Positions 12,555 to 28,004 are shown, numbered from the stretch's first letter. The stretch: 64,000 nt of DNA from Eledone cirrhosa (GCA_964016885.1 OZ024754.1:2790001-2854000); one strand, 5' to 3'. The notes: generated by a model not told the origin, from the letters alone. Program-made: numbers and translations.

Positions 12555-12629
12555 TATTTTATCTGATGAAAGCGCACCATAATTTACCTTGGTCGCCCTT
12601 GAAATATATATAATATATATAATAAAATA
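12555..12629 (+). ncRNA. Type I hammerhead ribozyme (family D) with expanded stem III
   Basis: TATTTTAT-CTGATGA-aagcgcacca..tggtcgccctt-GAAA-TATATA-TAA-TATATA-TA^-ATAAAATA. Confidence 0.7.
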
Positions 12630-12955
12630 ATTATAATATATATAATATATATAATAAAATAATTATGGTTGTATAAATATAGTTTCCATTTATAAATATA
12701 TTGTATATTTACTCCTCTAACTTGTTGAGTGCTTTATATGACTTATAAAAATGTTAAAGCTTGTTGAATCCCAACAAATTAAATATAACAAATTAAGTAT
12801 ATATATATATTATATATATATATATTATATATATATACTAATTTAAATCTGGCCTTTTATCTTTGTAAGAAGAAATACTACTGATATACACGCATGCATA
12901 CATATATATATATATATAATAAACACATATATATATATATACGTTTAAATTTGGT

Positions 12956-13017
<62 letters not shown>

Positions 13018-13087
13018 TGTGTGCGTGTGTGTGTGTATATATATATATGAGGTGGGGGCGTATTTGTGTATGCACCTCTACCTATAC

Positions 13088-13125
<38 letters not shown>

Positions 13126-13370
13126 TATACGTGTATGTGTTTATAAGAGTCAGCCTCAGTGTGTTTCTTGGGGTTGGTGTGAGTAATTCATACGGGAGTC
13201 TCCGGGGGCAGAAGTTACGCCTTTCAGACATCTGTATAGTGAAATAAACAACAACAACAACAACAACAACAAGCGGAGAGAAACAACACTCCTCCTCCTC
13301 TTCTCTTCCTCCTCCGCCTCCTTCTCTCCTCTCTCTCCTCTCGTCAGGCTGCGAAGATTGCTGTAAGATA

Positions 13371-13481
13371 TTAATCTCTTTGAAAATAGGGGCCGTTGTA
13401 TTGACAAGATCCCAGATGTTCTCTACACACCCAATCTCTATTTTGGACTCGTTTACACTCCTTCGTCTTCTGTCTTTTACT
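13371..13481 (-). CDS. Candidate terminal exon of an unknown protein (SKRQKTKECKRVQNRDWVCREHLGSCQYNGPYFQRD*)
   Basis: Unique, balanced-composition island preceded by the acceptor-like ctcgctattcgttatccag. No homology recognised. Confidence 0.2.
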   Translation of the reverse strand, partial: SKRQKTKECKRVQNRDWVCREHLGSCQYNGPYFQRD

Positions 13482-13609
13482 CTGGATAACGAATAGCGAG
13501 GAAGGGGTTGGTGTTGTTGTTTTTTCATATAAATTGTTTACACACACCCATTTATAAACGCACACATATATATATATATATACACACACCCGCACACAGA
13601 CACACATCA

Positions 13610-13946
<337 letters not shown>

Positions 13947-14296
13947 GTCAGTTTAAGCCTTTCGTTTCCATATTTCCAATTAAAGACACAGTACATGTGC
14001 TCCAATTAATTTTTTTAAATAGTTTTTTATAAATGTGGAGGACCTTAGTAAAATACCTAACGTTTCTTCTGATCTTGTTGTTGTTTGGAACATAACTTAA
14101 CAAAAATGTCTTACATAAAAATGGTGGAATGTTATAATATAAGGAAGAGTACATTAAGATGGATAGTTCTGTATGACAAATGTAGGGATGGTTCTAGAAG
14201 GTTGGTATCAAAGGAGTTAAGACAAGTGTTATTTCTAGCATGTCAAGAACTTACATTATGACTCTTCTTTGTCGGTATGAGTCATCTGGATCATGT

Positions 14297-14364
<68 letters not shown>

Positions 14365-14463
14365 TCCCTATATTTATCTATCTAGCAATCTACTTCTCTC
14401 TCTCTCTCTAGCTAGATAGATAGATAGAGAGATATCTGTATCTATCTATCTATCTCAGTCTAG

Positions 14464-14523
<60 letters not shown>

Positions 14524-14535
14524 TATAGATAGATA

Positions 14536-14725
14536 GATTTCTTTATTTGCCACAAGGGCGCGCCCGAAAAGGGGACAATACAAAGACACATGCCGGGGAT
14601 TTTACATACAGTCGTGTAAAAATATTGAAACAAACAATTATAACAATCGAACTCCCCAATAAGGGGGGAGGCCCCACAAATGGGTTGTTTTATACCCCGT
14701 CCATAGAACAACCCTCAACTTCAGG

Positions 14726-14727
<2 letters not shown>
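14536..14727 (-). mobile_element. LINE-like 3' end (AATAAA tail) inserted in (GATA)n
   Basis: Closely similar to 55638-55826. Minus strand ends tgtcccc..cccttgtggcaaataaagaaat-(ctat)n. Confidence 0.7.
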
Positions 14728-14776
<49 letters not shown>

Positions 14777-14871
14777 CAGATAGATTTACATGTATGAACC
14801 TTTTATAAATGTATACATAATCAGACACACAAATACATCCACACTCCATATAGACACACACGTGTGCATTT

Positions 14872-14938
<67 letters not shown>

Positions 14939-15099
14939 AAGTCAATACATATATGTGAGAGGGACATAAACGTATATGAGTGCATGTGCATGTATATGTG
15001 TATATGTATCTATGTATACGTATGTATATATGTATATGTGTGTGGTATGTGAGTATATATAGCTGTCGAAACGACCGGAGCTCAGCCGTAGAGGTCTTG

Positions 15100-15152
<53 letters not shown>

Positions 15153-15213
15153 AATGTATGAGTATGTATATATATATATATATGTGTGTGTGTGGTACAT
15201 ATGTGCATGTGAG

Positions 15214-15260
<47 letters not shown>

Positions 15261-15324
15261 CTATGTGTGTGTGGTATGTGAGTATATATGTGTATCGTAC
15301 ATATGTGCATGAGTATATATATAC

Positions 15325-15355
<31 letters not shown>

Positions 15356-15409
15356 GTATGTGCGTATATATATGTGTATGTATGTGTGTGTGTGTGTGTC
15401 AGTGTGTGT

Positions 15410-15463
<54 letters not shown>

Positions 15464-15849
15464 GTGTGTCTGTGTGTGTGTGTATGTGTCTGTGTATGTG
15501 TCTGTCTGTGTGTGTGTATGTGTGTGGGTGCAGATAAATTTCTCTCTAATTAGTATCCAGTTTCTAAGGCCTGGCTCAGCCAATGATAATTCGTCAACAG
15601 CTGTGTGAAAAACAACAACTCAAACAACGAGACACACTAAAACACCGTGGAAACGTCACAAACACCTCTGCTGTGTCTCTATCACATTAAAACTTAGAGA
15701 ACACACAGTGTGTTTCTAATCTCCTTTACTAGAGAGTACACACTTCTCAAGGTTACTTCTTAAACATTTTGGTAAAGTAAAGGTAGTAATATATGTGTGT
15801 ATATATCTACAAATATTAATTCTTCTATTTTTTTTGTAAGGTCACCCTT

Positions 15850-16150
15850 ATCAGCCCCCTTGCGGCAAATAAAGGAAATTATCATCATCGCTAGAGGGTC
15901 GGACGACGCCATGCTTTGATGCATAGAGTTACGGCCCTTGCCATTCTGAGTTCAAATCTCGCCGAGGTTAACTTTGCCTTTCATCCTTACGGGATCGATA
16001 AAATAAAGTACCAGTCATGAACTGGGGTCGATTTAATCGACTACCCCCTCCCCCCAAAATTGCTGGCCTTGTGCCTATATAAGAAACCATTATTATTATT
16101 AAGAGCAGTAGATTGGCGGTATCGTTAGAATGACGGACAACATGCTCTGG
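15850..16150 (+). mobile_element. LINE-like tail fused to SINE family 1 (plus a second head fragment)
   Basis: cccttgcggcaaataaaggaaatt followed by tagagggtcggac..gagttcaaatc..gtcgataaaataaagtaccag. Confidence 0.75.
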
Positions 16151-16151
16151 G

Positions 16152-16388
16152 ATAGTAGTAGTAGTAGTAGTAGTATTGGTGGTGGTGGTGGTGGTGGTGG
16201 TGGTGGTGGTGGTGGTAGGAGGAGGAGGAGGAGGGGGAGGAGGAGGAGTGGTGGTGGTGGTGGTAGTAGTAGTAGTAGGAGTGGTGGTGGTGGTGGTGGT
16301 AGTAGTAGTAGAAAGAGGAGGAGGAGGAGGAGGAGTGGTGGTGGTGGTGGTGGTGGTGGTGGTGGTGGTGGTGGTGGTGGTGGTGGTG

Positions 16389-16442
<54 letters not shown>

Positions 16443-16573
16443 ATAGTAGTGTCAGTAGTAACAGTAGTGTCAGTAGTAGTAGTAGTAGTAGTGTCAGTAG
16501 TAACAGTAGTGTCAGTAGTAGTAGTAGTAGTAGTGTCAGTAGTAACAGTAGTGTCAGTAGTAGTACTAGTGTC

Positions 16574-16625
<52 letters not shown>
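16152..16625. repeat. Compound (GGT/AGT/GGA)n trinucleotide tract
   Basis: Direct inspection. Confidence 0.9.
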
Positions 16626-17017
16626 AAGAAAATGTTCAATTTCCTAGCTAAGTCCATTCCTGAATCAGCAACAGTAACAACAACAACAACAGGAGTAACA
16701 TCAACAACAAAAATGGCAACAATGAATCAATGACTAAATTCCTGTAGCATCTTGTTATTTCAGCTGTTCCCTCTTACTGTTCTCTCTCTCTCTCTATCTA
16801 TCTATCTTACTCTGCCTTTCTCCCTCACTCTCTCGCTTTCTGTCTCTGTCTTACCCTCTCTCACTCTCTATCTGTCTATCTGTCTATCTCTCCCGGTCTC
16901 CTATTCTCTTACCTTAACCATGAATATGTAAGCTAGCATACTTGTGTGTATGTGAATATATATATATATATATATATATACATGGCTGCACAGAAATATA
17001 TATATATGTGGGTGTGG

Positions 17018-17071
<54 letters not shown>

Positions 17072-17550
17072 AATATATTTCTCTATCTCCTCTGTACTCA
17101 AGTCTTTTTGTTTACTTATGGCTGATTCGAGAAAATACGACAGAAGAGGAGATATCGTACGTATAATGAACAGATAACGAGATATAGTATCGAAAATAAA
17201 TTGACCTGTCCAAATGCGAAATCAGACTGTAGCCAATATAGTGCTGTGAAATATCGTTATTATGTAGATATATGGTTGTTTTATGTAGCTGTAGTACTCA
17301 CATTTTTGGTCGAATACCAAGTTGATTTTATGGTTTTCTGGGATTGGAGAAAAGATATATTTTGAATTACTATCTTGGTTAAACTGAATTATGCGCCCTT
17401 ATATTTTCAAAATGGTAGAGTATGATATGAGAGATATTTGGCTGCTATTTCTAGTGGATTACATGGACACGGAAGACGTCTGGAATTCCCTTGCTAGAAT
17501 ACGTCTCTCTGTAGTCATCTACAAGAAACTGATCAAAAATTATATAAACG

Positions 17551-17630
<80 letters not shown>

Positions 17631-18205
17631 TATCTCTGTATATATATACATATATACATATATGTATATATATAAACACAGAGAGATATATGCCCTATTT
17701 AAATGCATACACCTACTTATACATATATACATACATACATATTTATAGGACGATGAGCGACCATCTACAACTACTATTACTACTACTACCACTAACACCA
17801 CCAATACTACCACTACTATTACTACTACCACTACTACTACCTCCACCGCCACTACTATTACTACTACTACTACTACCACCACCATTACTACTACTACCAC
17901 TAACACCACCAATACTACTACTATTATTACTACCACTACTAACACCACTACTACTACTAGTATTACTACTACTACTACTGCCACTACTACTACTACTATT
18001 ACTACTACTACTACTACCACTACTACTAACACCACTACCACTACTACTATTACTACTACTACTACTACTACTACCACTACTACTAACACCACTACCACTA
18101 ACACCACTACCACTACTACTGCTACTACTACTACTACTACTGCTACTACTACTACTACCACTACTACTAACACCACTACCACTACTACTACTACTACTAC
18201 TACTG

Positions 18206-18236
<31 letters not shown>

Positions 18237-18829
18237 AACAACAACTACAGTATGGTGAGGGGAGTGTGATGAAATGATATGGTTACAGTGTTATCTATTA
18301 TGCAGTATAGAAATGGCCGCTATATTCGCTGACCCGTTCTGACAGTCTTGGTAATATAACTCTTTACAGATGTGCTTTAATTCTGATATAAAGTTGCTGT
18401 TCAATTTGCAGGTGTGTTGTATACAGTTCTACTATAGCACAGCTAACGTTCTACATGACATCCATAATGGCTTCTCTGGTAAAAAAATGTTACATTTACT
18501 CTTTATAGCCTTGTTCAGATAATACCGACATTGTAAACCTATCTGGTCGGAGTTTATTGAAATATCTAACTAGAGTTACATTAAACTATATAACAAGCTG
18601 GTTGCATGATCGATCACCGATTATGTATGTGTGAGTGTATGTATGTATGTATGTATGTGTGTGTATGTATGTGTGTGTGTGTGTGTGTATGTGTGTGTGT
18701 ATGTGTGTGTGTGTGTGTGTGTATGTGTGTGTGTGAGTGTGTGTGTGTGTATTTATGTATGCAGTTATGTGTGTGTGTATGTATGAATTTATATATGTAT
18801 ATATACAGATGTGTGTGTATGTATGTATG

Positions 18830-18907
<78 letters not shown>

Positions 18908-18928
18908 TGTGTGTTTGTGTGTGTGTGT

Positions 18929-18967
<39 letters not shown>

Positions 18968-19234
18968 TGTGTGAATGTCTGTATATATGTGTGTGTATAT
19001 ATATATATATAAATATAAATGAAGTAACAGGAAGCTGGACTGGTGTAAATCCTTGAAAGGTTTATTATACTTTGATCATTTCAATGACCGCGTTCCATAT
19101 GACTCCGGTGATATCATCAGGCATTGGAATATAACAAAGGAATATGTAAAAAGCCATGGGTCCGAGAAACCAGAGACAGAGAGGGCGGCTGACCAACTAG
19201 CTTCACAGCCAGCCGCCCTCAAAGTGTATGCATG

Positions 19235-19323
<89 letters not shown>

Positions 19324-19482
19324 TATAGTACTATAGATATAATCGAGATGCCATGCCAGGTACCTACGCAGTATATATATATTTATACAAAAAAGTCAGC
19401 AAGGTAAAACAACACTATGCAATGATGAAATAATAGTGCATCAGTTTTATACTTGGTATAGGTGGTATTGTTGGAAAAGAAC

Positions 19483-19515
19483 CTTGACGTTTTGGAAGCT
19501 AGTCCTTCATCGGTA
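19483..19515 (-). ncRNA. Degenerate family E HHR
   Basis: CCGATGA-agga-ctagct-tcc-AAAA-CG-TC-aag; two core changes from CTGATGA/GAAA. Confidence 0.4.
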
Positions 19516-19794
19516 GATACAGTAAGAAAGAAATGTGGCTGTTTCGGAGAAAGAAGAAGAAAAGGGGAAGCTAGACGAAAGTAAAACGAGAAAGGCAAGA
19601 GTGAAGATGTGTAATGAGGAGAAGTCTGTAGACAGGAACAGAATGGAAGAAAATAAGGAGAGAATTGAATGGAGTGAGAAGATATATTTAAAGATTTCTT
19701 GGGATCAAAGTTACAAGTTGTATCATGTTTCAAATTGTTTTCATTTGTCTCAAAGCATACGTAATATTGGTGTTGATATGATTAGCGCTGAGAA

Positions 19795-20260
19795 TAGGGC
19801 GGTGGATTGTCAGTATTGGTAGAGAGTCGGACACCATGCTTTGCAGCATAGAGTTACGACCCTTTACGGTCTGAGTTCAAATCCTGTCGAGGTTAACTTT
19901 GCCTTTCATCCCCATGAGGATCGATAAAATAATGTACCAGTTACGCACTGGGGTCGATTTAATCGACTTTCCCCCGCCCCTAAAATTGCTGAATTGGTAG
20001 GATCGTTAAAGCCTTGAATAAAATACCTTGCGGTATTAGTCCCGACTCTTTAATTTATTAGATTAAATCCCGCCGAGAGTAACTTAACCAGTCATCAAAC
20101 GTGGAGTCGGTAAATTAAAGTAATCGAGGTTAGTTTTGCCTTTCATCCCTACCAGTTCGATAAAATAAAGTACTAGTAATACACTGGGGTTGACTTAACC
20201 AACTTTCCTTCCTCCCTGCAAAAACTGTCGTCGTTGTACCCTAAATCAGAAACAATTACA
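19795..20260 (+). mobile_element. Tandem cluster of SINE family 1 copies
   Basis: Head, B-box gagttcaaatcc and core repeated two to three times. Confidence 0.8.
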
Positions 20261-20779
20261 ACATACCAGATAATATTAAATTTCAGTAGTTAAATATTTG
20301 TCTGTTGTTAAGTTTAAAGTTATTTATTACACTACATCTCTCATAAATCTTGATTATTTGAATAATTAAAACAGAAAGGTGGGTTCCTCTTGTTAGAAAT
20401 ATTGCTACGAAAGGGTTAACTATCACCGAATGACATTCCTGCCAAGACCATACTACTTTTGTTTGTTTTTTTTACATATTGTTAAATATAATTTATATAG
20501 AATACATTGTCTATTAGTTTCGGCTTCTTGCGGTTTGAGTTCAAACCCCGTCGTGGGCCAACTTTGACTTTCTTCCTTTCGCAGTAAATTAATAATTTAC
20601 CGTTCCAGGGATAATTTATTTATTAGTAGAATTGTTAGAGTGTTGCACGAGATGCCTCACAGTATTTATTCCGAAGCTGGGTGTTCAAAGTTCAAATCCC
20701 ATCGTGGGCCAACTTCGACTGATATCCTTTTGAAGTCAGGCAGATTCAGCTTGGCAGTGTGTGACAAGTTAGGTTTCAT

Positions 20780-20915
20780 AAATTACAAGTGTAGCTCATT
20801 TTTTCCCAGCTGAGTTGACTGGAGCAACGTGAAATAAAGTGTCTTGTTCAAGGACACAAGGCACCAACGGAAATTGAACTCAAGACCTTACGGTCGAAGA
20901 CCGAACACCTTAACA
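20780..20915 (-). mobile_element. SINE family 2
   Basis: ggagcaacgtgaaataaagtgtcttgttcaaggacac is the reverse homolog of the 4688 copy. Confidence 0.65.
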
Positions 20916-22077
20916 ACACAACCACAAAAAACAGGTGCCTTCACAGACAAGGGTAGACAGTTCGAACTGTGTCCTTTCCAATCAGGTCCGGTCACACCTT
21001 TACTAAGTAGGTCAGGTGAGTATGATATAGAGTAACGTTGATTGGGTATGGTGGTGATGGTGGAAGAAGAAGAAGAAGAAGAAGAAGAAGAAGAAGAAGA
21101 AGAAGAAGAAAGGAGGTTGGTTGTGAGAAGGACAATATGGTGACCATTGTGTTGGTGTTGTTGTTGTTGGTGGTGGTGGTTGTGGTGTAAGTGTTGGTGG
21201 TGTTGGTGGTGGTGTTGTAATTGTTGTTGTTGGTGGTGTTGCTGGTGGTGGTGGTATAAAAAGGACAATATAGTAGCCATGGTGGTGGTGTTGGTGTTGC
21301 TGGTGGTGGTTGTGGTGTAGGTGTTGGTGGTGTTGTAGTTGTTGTTGTTGTTGTTGGTGGTGGTGGTGTTGTAGTTGTTGTGGTAGTGGTGGTAGTGGTG
21401 GTGATGGTGTTGTAGTTGTTGTTGGTGGTGGTGGTGGTGTTGTAGTTGTTGTAGTTGTTGTGGTAGTGGTGGTGGTGGTGTTGTAGTTGTTGTTGTTGTG
21501 GTGGTGTTGTAGTTGTTGTGGTAGTAGTGGTGGTGGTGGTGGTGGTGTTGTAGTTGTTGTGGTAGTGGTGGTAGAGGTGGTGGTGGTGTTGTAGTTGTTG
21601 TGGTAGTGGTGGTAGAGGTGGTGGTGGTGTTGTAGTTGTTGTGGTAGTGGTGGTAGAGGTGGTGGTGGTGTTGTAGTTGTTGTGGTAGTGGTGGTAGTGG
21701 TGGTGGTGGTGTTGTAGTTGTTGTGGCAGTGGTGGTGGTGGTGTAAGAAGTACACTATAGTGGCCAGGTATAGTATATTGTGCGGGAGGACGGTGATGTT
21801 TGACAAAGCGACTGGTAGCTTTACACGGCATTTGATAACCTGAAAAAGTAAACGACCTTTTCACCAACATATTAAACAGAACAAATTAAATGAATACATT
21901 GACTGGCGGTGGTGGCGGTGGTGGTGGTGGTGATGATGGTGATGATGGTAGTGGTGGCGGTGGTGGTGGTGGCGGTGGTAGTGCTGGTGGTGGTGACAGT
22001 GGTGGTGGTGGTAGTGGTGATGGAAGTGTCGGTTTGAAGATAGGCAATATCAGTGCCCGAAACACGCACATTTTCTA

Positions 22078-22125
<48 letters not shown>

Positions 22126-22304
22126 TATATAGAGAGAGAGAAAGAGAGAGAGGGGGGGGAGAGTGAGAGATGTAGGTCTATACAGGTAAATACATGTAAA
22201 TTTATATAAATATATGTACGTACACACACGTGTGTATATAAATTTAATAGATACATAAATTCACTGCACATATATAAACACATATACATATATATATATA
22301 CACA

Positions 22305-22336
<32 letters not shown>

Positions 22337-22337
22337 C

Positions 22338-22386
<49 letters not shown>

Positions 22387-22429
22387 TCTATATATACATA
22401 TATATATATATATATATGGGGGGGGGGAG

Positions 22430-22499
<70 letters not shown>

Positions 22500-22804
22500 T
22501 TGTTTCTATAAAAACAATAACAACAACAAAGCAATAACCGAAAGAGCACTGCCGATGGAATTCAGTGTAAAATGGCGTGTGATTGGGATATTAGCTTTCA
22601 ACTATGTCTTCTGTTGTAGGAAACATCATAAACTATCGTACTGACATACATATACATACATACACACACTGACAGACACACATATACATACACACACAGA
22701 CACAGATACATACACACAGATACATACACACAGACAGACACACATATATATATATACATAGACACAGATGCAGACACACATTTATATACATACATATATA
22801 TATA

Positions 22805-22890
<86 letters not shown>

Positions 22891-23932
22891 GACAGATACT
22901 CACATTCACACAGATACACACACACACACACACACATATATATAAATATATATATATATATATACATACAGATACTCACATTCACACACATACACATACA
23001 TACACAGGCACACGCACACACACAGTCACACATACATACATTGTAACATAAACACTGACATATAGACACTACACATACAGTCACACACACACACTCTCAC
23101 ATATAGACACTACACATACACAGTCACACAGTCACACACACACACACTCTCACATATAGACACTACACAGTCACACAGTCACACACACTCTCACATATAG
23201 ACACTACACACACCACAATTTCCTTTATCCACCGTATAAGCCGCTTGACACCAAATTGTTTAAAGTAAAATAAGATGAAAAAAACCCACAGAAAAGACGA
23301 ACAACAACAACAACAACAATAGCAACAACAACAACAACAACAATAGCAACAACAACAACAACAACAATAGCAACAACAACAACAACAATAGCAACAACAA
23401 CAACAACTATAAAAGCAACAATAACAACAAAAGCAACAACAACAATAGCAACAACAACAACAACAACAACAATAGCAACAACAACACCAACTATAAAAGC
23501 AACAATAACAACAAAAGCAACAACAAAAAGTAGCCACAACAACAACAACAATAGCAACAACAACACTAACTATAAAAGCAACAATAAAACCAGCAACAAT
23601 AACAAAAACAACAACAATAGCGGTAACAACAACAATAACAACAACAATAGCAATAACAGCAACAATAAAACCAGTAACAACAACAACAACAACTATATTA
23701 CGTGCTTCTTATCAATTCTATAGTAATTTTAGCTTGTCTTCTCTCTCTTTCTATCTCTCTTTCTCCTTCTCTCTCTCTTATTCTATCTATCTCTTTCTTC
23801 TCTCTCTCCTCCTCTCTCTATCTATCTCTCTCTCTATCTTTTACTTCTCTCTCTTTCTCTCTCTCTCTCTCTATCTATCTATCTTTTACTTCTCTCTCTT
23901 TCTCTCTCTCTCTCTATATATATATATAACAA

Positions 23933-24083
23933 ACCAGAGTACTCAATACTCAGGGTAGTAGAGTGGGAAATATGAAAAAGTATGACCCCGACGGCAGAGC
24001 TCAAGCCGTTTCGACGGCTATTAATGGACTCCAGAAAAAGCCGTCGAAACGGCTTGAGCTCTGCTGTCGGGGTCATACTTTTT

Positions 24084-24086
<3 letters not shown>
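23933..24086. mobile_element. Family G foldback element
   Basis: Inverted repeat 23974-24084 plus reverse tail, flanked by (TA)n. Confidence 0.88.
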
Positions 24087-24134
<48 letters not shown>

Positions 24135-24309
24135 TATATATGTGTGTGTGTGTGTGTATGTGTGTGCGTATTATATATATGTGTGTGTGTAGTATATGTA
24201 TATATATATATATATATATTATATACATATATATATATATATATATGCTATGTGTGGTTACACACTTGTAAAAATTATCTCCTGTGATTATTCATGTTTA
24301 TTTATATGT

Positions 24310-24365
24310 TAATGAATCTCTAGTTATTATATATATATGTATATAATATATATATATATTATATA

Positions 24366-24403
<38 letters not shown>

Positions 24404-24491
24404 CATATATATATATATATATGTATATAATATATATATATATATATATTATATATGTATATAATATATATATATATATATATTATATATG

Positions 24492-24559
<68 letters not shown>

Positions 24560-24917
24560 ATATATAATATACATATATATATGTATATAATATATATATA
24601 TATATATGTATATAATATATATATATATATATATTGTATATGTATATATAGTTTGGGGGTGTGTACCCGACAATCACCATTTTTTACACCCACTGTATCC
24701 GTTTATTTGTTTCACTCTACATCCCTCTCCCTCTCTTCCTCCCCCTCTTCCTCTCTTCCTCCGCCCCTCTCTCTCTCTTCCTCCCCCTCTCCCTCTCTTC
24801 CTCCCCTCTCTCTCTCTTCCTCCGCCCCTCTCTCTCTTACTCACTCTCTCTCTCCCACTTCGTCATACACTTTCCCTTTTTCAACACACATTCAAACTTT
24901 CATTATATCCTACACTT

Positions 24918-24981
<64 letters not shown>

Positions 24982-25010
24982 CATATATATACATATATAC
25001 ATATATATAC

Positions 25011-25093
<83 letters not shown>

Positions 25094-25153
25094 CATATAT
25101 ATATATACATATATATACATATATATACATATATATATATACATATATATACA

Positions 25154-25185
<32 letters not shown>

Positions 25186-25263
25186 CATATATATACATAT
25201 ATATATATACATATATATACATATATATACATACATATATATACATATATATATATACATGTA

Positions 25264-25329
<66 letters not shown>

Positions 25330-25330
25330 C

Positions 25331-25396
<66 letters not shown>

Positions 25397-25435
25397 TATA
25401 CATATATATATAATATATATATACATATATATATA

Positions 25436-25512
<77 letters not shown>

Positions 25513-25525
25513 CATATATACATAC

Positions 25526-25586
<61 letters not shown>

Positions 25587-25631
25587 CATATATACATACA
25601 TATATATATACATATATATATATACATATAC

Positions 25632-25679
<48 letters not shown>

Positions 25680-25745
25680 ATATACATATATACATACATA
25701 TACATATATATACATATATATACATATATACAGACCTATATACAT
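24310..25745. repeat. Long (TA)n/(TATAC)-variant microsatellite complex
   Basis: Direct inspection; source of the spurious YI-repeat ORFs. Confidence 0.9.
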
Positions 25746-27082
25746 ACATGTACCATAGTGTCGTTAAAAAGTCTGTATATCGTGCTGTTTAGCTATGAAA
25801 CTTAACTTGAAACATTTACGATTGAATAAAACCTTGTCAAACCTTTCTACCCATAATTCTAACGATTACATGTAATAATGAGAGAAATATTAGCAGTTTA
25901 AACCACAGGGGTGAAGTTAAGGACTGACGATAACATTTGGATTGGGATGTTAGATACTGCTGTTGCTGCTGTTGCTGCTGCTGCTGCTACTACTGCTGGT
26001 GGTGGTGGTGTTGGTGTTGTGATGGTGGTGGTGTTGGTGGTGTTGGTGGTAGTGGTGGTGGTGGTGTTGTAGGTGGTAGTTGTGGTGTTGTGGTGGTAGT
26101 GGTGGTGGTGTTGTTGTTGGTGGTGTTGGTGGTGGTGTTGTAGGTGGTAGTTGTGGTGTTGGTGGTGGTGTTGTGGTGGTGGTGTTGGTGGCAGTAGTGG
26201 TGGTGTTGTAGGTGGTAGTTGTGGTGTTGGTGGTGGTGGTAGTGGTGTTGTTGTTGTTGTGATGGTGGTGCTGGTGTTGTTGATGGTAGTGCTGGTGGTG
26301 TTTGTAGTGGTGGGTGGTGTTAGTGGTGATAATGCTAGTGCTGGTGGTGGTGGTGGTGGTAGTGGTGGTGGTGGTACTGGTGGTGTTTGTAGTGTTGATG
26401 GTGTTGTAGTTGGTGGTGGTCTTGTTGCTGGTAGTGGTGGTATTGGTGGTGCTGGAGGTAGTGGTGGTATTGGTGGTGGTGGAGGTAGTTGTGGTGTTGG
26501 TGGTGGTGCTGGTGTTGGTGGTGTTGGTGGTGTTTATGCTGGTAATGCCAGTGGTGGTAGTGCTGGTAGTGGTTGCGTTTGTAGTGGTGTTGCAGTCGAT
26601 AAGTTCAGCCCCGATTGAGCTGACCATGTTTAAATATATTCCAGCACCACCCAAAAACATAGTGTACTTGGGACTTAGGTTTAGATTGACCATTAAACAA
26701 AATAAAGACCTTAGAACATCAAGGTAAATATACAGCGGGGGTTTTTTTTTTCTTCTTTTCTTTTGATTTTTTTTTTTGTCTAGAACTATATAGGGTCTAA
26801 TTTGACCCTTCATTTTCAAGCAGGGTGTAATTTGAGCGACATTTGGTTGCTATTTCTTGCAGCTTAAACCATCATAAATTGCCATCCTTATTGGCTTGAG
26901 ATGTCCCGATGTTTCTTATCATAAGATAAATTTTATGTCATGAGAAAGATTGAGGTTTGTGGTTTCGGACAGAAACCTTCTTCATTACAGACGGGGAAGG
27001 AAGATAAAGGTTGTATGTTTGTTACGTTCATTGACCACCCTGTTTCAATACGAGACTCTATCAGAGGATAACGTCTTTGTTT

Positions 27083-27119
<37 letters not shown>

Positions 27120-27658
27120 ATTATGACTGGAGTGAATGAGCGGGTGACTGAGTAAGCAAAAGTTTGAAAGACTGAATAACAGACGGGATAGCTCGAGTAA
27201 AAAAGGGCTATTGAGAGAGAGATAGGCACTATTCCTTAGCTGTTTGTGTTCACTCCCGGTAGAAATGTATCAATTCCTCACTCATTGAGTGCTTTATGAT
27301 TCCCCTATGAATCGATTGTTCATCTGCTATAGAGCAGCTACAGCTTCGGTTATACTCATTAAAATGTCAAAGTGTTTAACAAACTTCAAACATAAACTGA
27401 ATGAGAACTCAATACGTGTAGATGGAGTATACATATATAAGTATATATATATATATGCATGTTTGTGAGTGACTATGTCTCTGTGTATATGTGTGTGTGT
27501 GTATATATGTACCTGTTTGTATGTGTGTGGTTGATGTTAGTGACGGAAGTGATGGAATAAATGTATTTATGATAGAGAGATATACAGATAGATACAGAGA
27601 GAGAGAGAGAGTGGGGGGGGGCTGTGTATATAGTAAAATATATATAACATATTTACAA

Positions 27659-27843
27659 TAATTGTTTCTACTTTAGGCACAAGACCAGCAAATACCCAGT
27701 GCATTACTGGTAATTTATTTTATCGACCCCGTAAGGATGAAAGGCAAAGTCAACCTCGGCGGAATTTGAACTCAGTAAAGGGACGTAACTATGCTGGAAA
27801 GCATGGCGTCCGACCCTCTACCGATAATGCCAATCCACCGCCA
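27659..27843 (-). mobile_element. SINE family 1
   Basis: Reverse complement of head, B-box, core and tail. Confidence 0.85.
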
Positions 27844-27922
27844 ATAGATATAACACTAATATAGCTACATAGATATCTACTTGAAAGTGCTTATGTGCAC
27901 AAGTGTGTCTACGCATTGGTGT

Positions 27923-28004
<82 letters not shown>

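Noticed and set aside
26970-27070. Two HHR-like strings on the minus strand (ATGAAGA..GAAACC; CTGATAGA..GAAAC)
   Set aside because: Cores are altered and the stems do not pair convincingly.
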